Below are positions 56,955 through 64,000 of a DNA stretch of 64,000 nucleotides, in pieces. Made by a program: the position numbers and the translations under genes. This DNA comes from Octopus vulgaris. Its lineage: Eukaryota. The first letter of the stretch is position 1, and each line of letters begins with the position of its first letter. A model generated the notes under the pieces. That model worked only from the letters and a program-made list of their open reading frames with translations. It was not told the origin of the DNA and searched no databases. Location: assembly GCA_951406725.2 (NCBI GenBank), contig OX597815.1, positions 3,162,001 to 3,226,000 of the forward strand. Direction: 5' to 3'.

Positions 56955-57155
56955 AGTGGTGATGGTGGTGGTGGTGGTGGTGTCAGGGATTATCGGAGGG
57001 TCGGGGTGATAGTCGTTGTGGTGTTGCTGGTGGTGGTGATGGCGGAGATGATATACTGGTGGTGGTGGTGGTGGTGGCGGTGTAGGTGGTGGTGATGATG
57101 ATGATGATGATGGTGGTGATGGTGGTGGTGGTGGTGGTGGTGGTGGTGATGATGA

Positions 57156-57189
<34 letters not shown>

Positions 57190-57212
57190 GGTGGTGGTGG
57201 TGGTGGTGGTGG

Positions 57213-57247
<35 letters not shown>

Positions 57248-57420
57248 TTGATGATGATGGTGGTGGTGGTGGTGGTGGTGGTGGTGGTGGTGGTGGTGGT
57301 GGTGATGATGATGATGATGATGGTGATGATGGTAGTACGACAATGTTGATATTGACGATAATAACAGCGATACTGCTGATGATGCTGATGATGGTAACGG
57401 TGCTGATGCTATCAAGTGAT
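56955..57420. repeat. (GGT)n/(GAT)n alternating trinucleotide tract
   Basis: Visible; gives spurious poly-His and poly-Val/Met ORFs. Confidence 0.95.
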
Positions 57421-57449
57421 GGCGGCGGCGATGTAAGGCGTCGTTGATA

Positions 57450-57485
<36 letters not shown>

Positions 57486-57519
57486 TGTCGTCGTTGAAAC
57501 GAAGGGAACTGGGGGAGCT

Positions 57520-57830
57520 AATTGGGTTGACAACGCATTATAAAGGAAGCGGCATGCACACTCACGCTGCCAGCATTAGGGCCAAGCCGGATATCAACGT
57601 CTGCGAACGGAAGCGGTCATTATGATGACCTCGACGTCTATGTACAGCCGCCATCTTGTACACCGTCTGACGCCTGCGTAAGCAAGCTTATGGTATATTA
57701 ACAAACAAATCTTAACTGCCTTTGCATGCGCCGCCGACGCAAAGCGACGACAATCTCCTCTGACTCTGCGCATCACACCAACAACATCCGTTTATTACAA
57801 CGCCACCCACACCATTGTTTTGCCGCCGTT
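57520..57830. promoter_or_regulatory. CpG-rich unique island with YY1, ETS and NRF1-like motifs
   Basis: GCCGCCATCTTG (57647-57658), GGAAGCGG x2, GCATGCGC, TGCGCA, TATAAAG. Confidence 0.45.
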
Positions 57831-58273
57831 TTCTTTATATTTGGCAATTATTTTTCCTTTATTTAAAAACCCATTCAAAATAGATTTTCAACACATTTGA
57901 TATGAGCAATTCCGATTGTGTGTCAATGGAACGAATTCTAAGAGTCGAAAAGAAAGAAAGGAGAGAGAGAGAGAGAGGGAGAGAGAGAAGAGAGAGTGAA
58001 GGGGATACAAGAATAGAAGAAAGGCAATAAAAAAACGATCAGAAAAAACTAATAGGGTATATAAAACGTAAGACGTTAATAGAAAGGTAATATATAGAAA
58101 TGTATATGTATATGTATATATGTATTAATCTGTGTATGTGTGTTTGTGTGTGTGTATATCTATCTATCTATGTGTAAATATATATATATATATATATATA
58201 ATACAAATATACATGAATATATTTATATGTATGCATATAAATACATACATAGATACATATACATATATATGAG

Positions 58274-58314
<41 letters not shown>

Positions 58315-58317
58315 ATA

Positions 58318-58368
<51 letters not shown>

Positions 58369-58412
58369 CAATAATAAATCTCAGAACGAGATGTAAACAG
58401 TAACTGCACGGC

Positions 58413-58820
58413 AATGTAAGGTATACTAGCCATCTCAATATGGCTAACCACTAAGGGTGGGTGTTACTGTAGCTTGTAGCCCCAGGAGAACATCGTCTCC
58501 AGCTGGCTTTAGGCACACTTTCTGTGCCCTTATGGTATTTGCAAAGGGAGGTCATCCCTTCCTCGTCAACCTAAGTGATACGCACAGACTGCAGTTTCTA
58601 GGTATTTGCCTGTGTTCGGCGTATGGCAATCACCGGTTTTCGATGAAGGGGGTCCCAATGCAAATCCTTATATATCGTTTTTCCAGTAACTTTTCGTAAC
58701 TTTTAGGCTCACAGAAAGTGTGCCTAAAGCCACCTGGAGACGATGATCTTCTAGGGCTACAAGCTACAGTAACACCCACCCTTAGTGGTTAGCCATATTG
58801 AGATGGCTAGTATACCTTAC

Positions 58821-58823
<3 letters not shown>
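58413..58823. mobile_element. Foldback MITE with ~113-bp TIRs
   Basis: AATGTAAGGTATACTAGCCATCTCAATATGG... (58413-58526) mirrored at 58710-58823. Confidence 0.85.
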
Positions 58824-58862
<39 letters not shown>

Positions 58863-58863
<1 letters not shown>

Positions 58864-60510
58864 TAGCAGAGATACCCGGCATTGCCCGAGTTACATTCAA
58901 TTGAAGAATTAGACTTTTCTGTTATATTTTCTTTAATGAACTGGAATATCTATGTTTCGAATTTCCTCAAAATCACAGATGAGGGTTATTTCCCCTCTTT
59001 ACACACTCCCAAAAAATTATTATCGTGCCACATGTATCCCATCCTACTAATTTTTATGCGCATATTCCAAAATTCCAGTCTTATTGAACCTATTAAAAAG
59101 ATTTTGCTCTTGAAAAATGAAGGTCATGAACCTCTAAAATGTGAGAGTTAAGGCCCCTTTTGGGGGGGGGGGGCATCTTAATGTCAACCAGAGAAGTTGA
59201 ATTGTTGAGAATCTTTTTTACTTGGGTCTTATATCTATTGTTTGAATTTCTTTGAAAGAAGAAATATACGTTCACTGGGTTTGTAAAAGAGAGCAAAGCT
59301 ACGGGAAACCAAAAGACGAATGATCACAATAAGTAGTCAGTTACCCTACCCTAGTCGTTACCACTCCCAATGTAGGATTCCTCACCATCCAGGTGACAGG
59401 CACAGCCATAAGATGCATTACGAATCTATAGCAATTGGAAGGGCGTGACCCAACTGAAATAAACATTAACAACTGTGTGACGTGAGGGCTAAAGAGAAAT
59501 GAAAGTTGGAGTTTGCAAATGACCACTATACTGATATGTAACTGAACAGAATAAATTTACAATCTATAAATGTCTTTGAATAGGTAGTCACTCATCTGGG
59601 AAGGCCTTGAAATCAATGTTACCATGTGGGGGCTATGTGTGACCGAGTGATAAGAAAAAGACTTAAAGGAGGTCTGCAATCAAATAACTTTACTCAACAC
59701 TTTGCAACTGAATCAGTTGAGACAAGGATGCCTCTCATTTACTTGACAATTTATGCACCACATTGCAGAAATCACAATCTAAGTGTATGTCAAAGCAAAC
59801 TCTTACACTGTTGTACCACTGAATTACAAATAATGCGCGTCTTCTATGCTCGGATGACCCCACAGCTTCCAAGAGTACAACTATTTGTCTTTACTTAGAT
59901 AAAATGACAAAATTGTGGGTGTTAAGTCCCCATGGTGGGGTCTAACTTGTAAGAAGATGAAATTTTATAAATATTGCTTCATTTGTATCTAATATCTATG
60001 GTTAAAATTTCATCAACAGCAAAGATATGTGAACTGTCATGGGGGTTATGGCCCTTATGCATAGAATATAATTTCCAAATTTCGTAAAGATCCATTCAAT
60101 ACTTTTGACTTAGTTTTGGATCATAAAAGAAATGACTAAAATTTGGAAGTTAAGGCCCCCATTAGTGTGTCTTAGAATCCTCTCTTGATGTGTGTCAATT
60201 ACATACGGTTGAAATTTCATCAACATCGAAAATTCATGAATTTTCATGGGGGGTTCTGCCCCCTTAAAGCCATCCGAAATTCAAACAAAACATATTGCAT
60301 TATACCCGCCCTTACGCATTAAATCTAAGTTTCAAATATCATAAGGATCCATTCAAAAATTTTGGCCCATGAAATTGTATGAAACACACAGCATTACCCT
60401 TCTCCCTGGGCTTCGATTTTGTGTTCCAAATTTCATTATGATCGGTGCAGCAGTTTTCGAATGTATAAGTAATACACGAACACATAAAAACATTGTCTAT
60501 GATATAATAA
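58863..60510 (-). mobile_element. Long non-autonomous Helitron-like element with internal degenerate repeats
   Basis: CTAG plus CCCGGCATTGCCCG end as in 39765; repeated AAATTTCAT..GATCC/CATCAAC modules. Confidence 0.6.
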
Positions 60511-60563
60511 ATATGTACATACATGTATATATATTTATATATATGTTCGTGCGTGTATGTGTG

Positions 60564-60608
<45 letters not shown>

Positions 60609-60842
60609 AAGATAAATTAATAGACACAATTGAGTGAACAAACAAAAATATGAGACACAGCGTAGTGCTTTTTTTATGTTGATAAGCCTGGTACTTATTC
60701 TATTAGTTTCTTCTTGTGAAACCAGTAAGTTATGGGGATGTAAATAAACGAACAGCAGTTGTGAAGCAGTGATGATGGTGAATACAGAAACAAAGTCACA
60801 CACATACACTTGAATATATACATACATATATATATATATAAA

Positions 60843-61330
60843 GAGTAAAGACCCCCTTCGGTCATGAATGACCATGGGATTGCACCTAGAAAGTTACCCT
60901 CCTAGACACAAGTCCGAGCAAGGTTGTTTATGGAAGACCAGCAGTCGCCCATGCATACCGGCCTCCCCTCTCCACGCCACCAGTGTTATCCAAGGGAAAG
61001 ACAGAGGTCGATACAGTTTGGCACCTGTGACGTCGCAACTCATTTCTACAGCTAGGGTGAACTGGAGCAACGTGAAATAAAGTGCCTTGCTCAAGAACAC
61101 AACACGCAGCCCGGTCCGGGATTCGAGCTCACAACCTCACGATCGTAAGCTCGATGATCTAACCACTGAGCCATGCGCCTTCACGCGTGGAGGCGCGTGG
61201 CTTAGTGGTTAGGGTGTCAGGATCATGATCGTAAGATTGTGGTTTCGATTCCTGGACCGGGCAACGCGTTGTATTCTTGAGCAAAACACTTCGTTTCAAG
61301 TTACTCCAATTCCCTCAGCTGGCAAAAATG
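60843..61330. mobile_element. Head-to-head pair of family C SINEs (- 60843-61184, + 61186-61330)
   Basis: Mirror symmetry around CACGCGTG at 61182-61189. Confidence 0.85.
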
Positions 61331-61447
61331 TGAATATATATGTGTACATATTACATGTACATCTATATATATATATATATCTACACATATACATGTATAC
61401 ATATACATCTATATGTATAGAAATAAATGTATACATATACAGATATA

Positions 61448-61493
<46 letters not shown>

Positions 61494-61809
61494 TACATAG
61501 GTGCAGGTGTGGCTGTGTAGTAACAAACTTCGTTCCAAAATACATGGTCCTGGGTATAAATTTAAATTTAACATAATAAGGGTGAGAAATTCCATATTAA
61601 TTTGATTAATATGAATTGAAAACCAGTGGTGTAGCATATAAGACCATAGCGGATCTTCTTCTAGCAAAATGGATGTCCACTGTTAATGGTTCATCCCTCT
61701 TACATAATAGTTTGACTTTAATAGTTTCAGTATTAAAGTGAAAGTATCTGACATTACAATAGAGAGATGTTTTTGTTTCACTTCTAACACGTAATACTGA
61801 AATATTGGA

Positions 61810-62146
61810 GAAGATATAATATTGTTGTGGGCTCGCCCTAGGCAAAAAGTTAGAAGGGTTTTTTTGCCCATGACACTACATGGACCCTAAGTAAGACATG
61901 TGTAGAATATGAATGAAATTGGTTGTGTAGTTCTCAAGTTTTAAGGAATCGTAGTGGACAAGATATGATATTGCTATGGGCTCGCCCTAGGCAAGAAGTT
62001 AAAAAAAATTTTGCCCATGACACTCCCTGGACGCTAAGTAAGTCATGTATAAAATTTGAATGAAATTGGTTGTGTAGTTCTCAAGTTTTAGGGATTCACA
62101 CAGACAGACAGACACACACACACATTCTCAGTTTTCTATATATAGA
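61810..62146 (-). mobile_element. Helitron/DINE-like 5' part with ~150-bp tandem duplication and (CAGA)n
   Basis: GGGCTCGCCCTAGGCAA...GAATGAAATTGGTTGTGTAGTTCTCAAGTTTTA twice. Confidence 0.6.
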
Positions 62147-62324
62147 GAGAAAGGAATACACATTTTATGACTTTGTCAAAGGAGGAAAGCCATCATCCGT
62201 GACAATTTTCATAGCCAGTCTTAAACTGGTGGGAGGAAAATGAGGTGGGGATGGTGTTAAACTCAGCCCAGACGATACACACCCACTAACATACACACAC
62301 ATACACATACACAGATATATATAT

Positions 62325-62500
62325 ATTTTTCTCTCCTTGTTTCTTTCCGTGTTTCTTTTCTGTGTATCTTTCTGTTGAAGAGCGTAGGCTCGAAACGTAA
62401 AAGACTTGTTTTATTTATATTCCTGAGCGCCATACTAATACATTTGTTTGTTTGTACTCCACCAGCCTTCGTCTTTTGTTTATTTTCATAAAGCTTCCCG

Positions 62501-62503
<3 letters not shown>
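62325..62503 (+). mobile_element. Short pLTR-like unit with minimal hammerhead (62367-62404)
   Basis: tcttt-CTGTTGA-A-GAGC-gtag-GCTC-GAAAC-GTA-aaaga; (TA)n on both sides. Confidence 0.7.
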
Positions 62504-62561
<58 letters not shown>

Positions 62562-62834
62562 TATGAACTTTAAGTTAGTTAAAATATGTTTGTAAGATAT
62601 TTCAACTTCCAAAGGCAGGTTCACTGCTATTACCGAGGAGAATAGATTCTCTGTCGTGGTAAAAGTTGTCAAGGCATCAGACCTGCTCTGTGTTGCCCCC
62701 TCATCAGATTCCCAGCATTTGTAAGTCTTTAGCCGTAATCAATAGGAAATACCAAAAAGAAATAACTCTGAGCAAATTTAGAAGCGAAGATTTAACTAAA
62801 ATGCAGTCGACAACATTGAGTGACTTGCGCTATT

Positions 62835-63585
62835 CGTTTCTACTCTAGGCACAAGGCCCGAAATTTCTGGGGAGGGGGCCAGTCGATTAGATCGACTCCA
62901 GTACGCAACTGGTACTTAATCTATCGATCTCAAAAGAATGAAAGGCAAAGTCGACCTCGGCGGAATTTGAACTCAGAACGTAACGGGTGACGAAATACCT
63001 ATTTCTTTACTACCCACAAGGGGCTAAACAAGGACAGACAAAGGGATTAAGTCGATTAGATCGACTCCAGTGCGTAACTGCTACTTATTTAATCGACCCC
63101 GAAAGGATGAAAGGCAAAGTCGACCTCGGCGGAATTTGAACTCAGAACGTAGCGGCAGACGAAATACCTATTTCTTTACTACCCACAAGGGGCTAAACAC
63201 AGAGGGGACAAACAAGGACAGGCAGATGGATTAAGTCGATTACATCGACCCCAGTGCGTAACTGGTACTTTATTTATCGACCCCAAAAGGATGAAAGGCA
63301 AAGTCAACATTGGCAGAACTTGAACTCAGAACGTTAAGACAGACGAAATACCTATTTCTTTACTACCCACAAGGGGCTAAACACAGAGGGGACAAACAAG
63401 GATAGACAAACGGATTAAGTCGATTGGATCGACCCCAGTACGCAACTGGTACTTATTTAATCGACCCCGAAAGGATGAAATGCAAAGTCGACCTTGGCGG
63501 AATTTGAACTCAGAATGTTACGACAGACGAAATACGGCTACGCATTTCGCCCGGCGTGCTAACGTTTCTGCCAGCTCGCCGCCTT
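62835..63585 (-). mobile_element. SINE family B tetramer
   Basis: Cores at 62941, 63110, 63294, 63478 (spacing 169, 184, 184); single head at right. Confidence 0.92.
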
Positions 63586-63686
63586 CAGTTTCGTCCCGGT
63601 ACTCATAACTAAGATGTAGATTTCTGTATTCATTAAAGATTATATATATGCGTGTGTGTGTATGTGTTTGTGTGTGTTCGTGCGTG

Positions 63687-63739
<53 letters not shown>

Positions 63740-64000
63740 ATTAATTCATATAGTCTACTGTGAGTATTGAGTTCGCTTTCACTCGATACACGTACATATA
63801 TACACATGTGTGAGTACATATAGGTGCCTATTGGGCCTTTATGTGGGTATATGTGTACACATGCACATAACATGAATGTTCCAATATACATACATATGCA
63901 GTATGTGTGTGTGTGTGTGTGTGTGTGTTGGTGTATTTTTGTTATATTGTTGTTTATGTTATTCCCGGTGTTTTGTTTGTGAATCATCACATCTCACTCC

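Noticed and set aside
56990-57415. Poly-His ORF (and poly-Ile/Leu at 28352-29097)
   Set aside because: Trinucleotide repeats with no splice or codon evidence
62660-62715. CTGATGA on minus strand as another hammerhead
   Set aside because: No GAAA or stem III at a suitable distance
62835-63585. Regularly spaced repeats resembling a CRISPR array
   Set aside because: Whole 184-bp units repeat with no unique spacers; eukaryotic SINE; no cas genes

Overview
Gene-poor, AT-rich animal DNA. The SINE families and extreme microsatellite load suggest an octopus/coleoid genome, which is an inference. I found no intact protein-coding gene. Nearly all listed ORFs are translations of microsatellites or decayed transposons. 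Contents: two mariner and one maT-like transposase relics; R4/Dong-type (RLE), RTE and CR1-like LINE 3' fragments; Penelope-like fragments; several tRNA-headed SINE families (about 40 copies); Helitron/HINE-like elements; a foldback MITE; and a ~550-bp element found only in (TAA)n. Main observations: (1) about 9 minimal hammerhead-ribozyme-like motifs with palindromic stem III in short, mostly (TA)n-flanked Penelope-like units, including a recurring core variant; (2) twin-priming-type 5' inversions in two non-L1 retrotransposons; (3) a SINE/LINE pair sharing a covarying 3' stem-loop; (4) a local inverted templated duplication later hit by a Helitron; (5) 184-bp internal multimerisation of one SINE; (6) a CpG-rich promoter-like island with YY1/ETS-like motifs. 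Boundaries were read by eye and are approximate.
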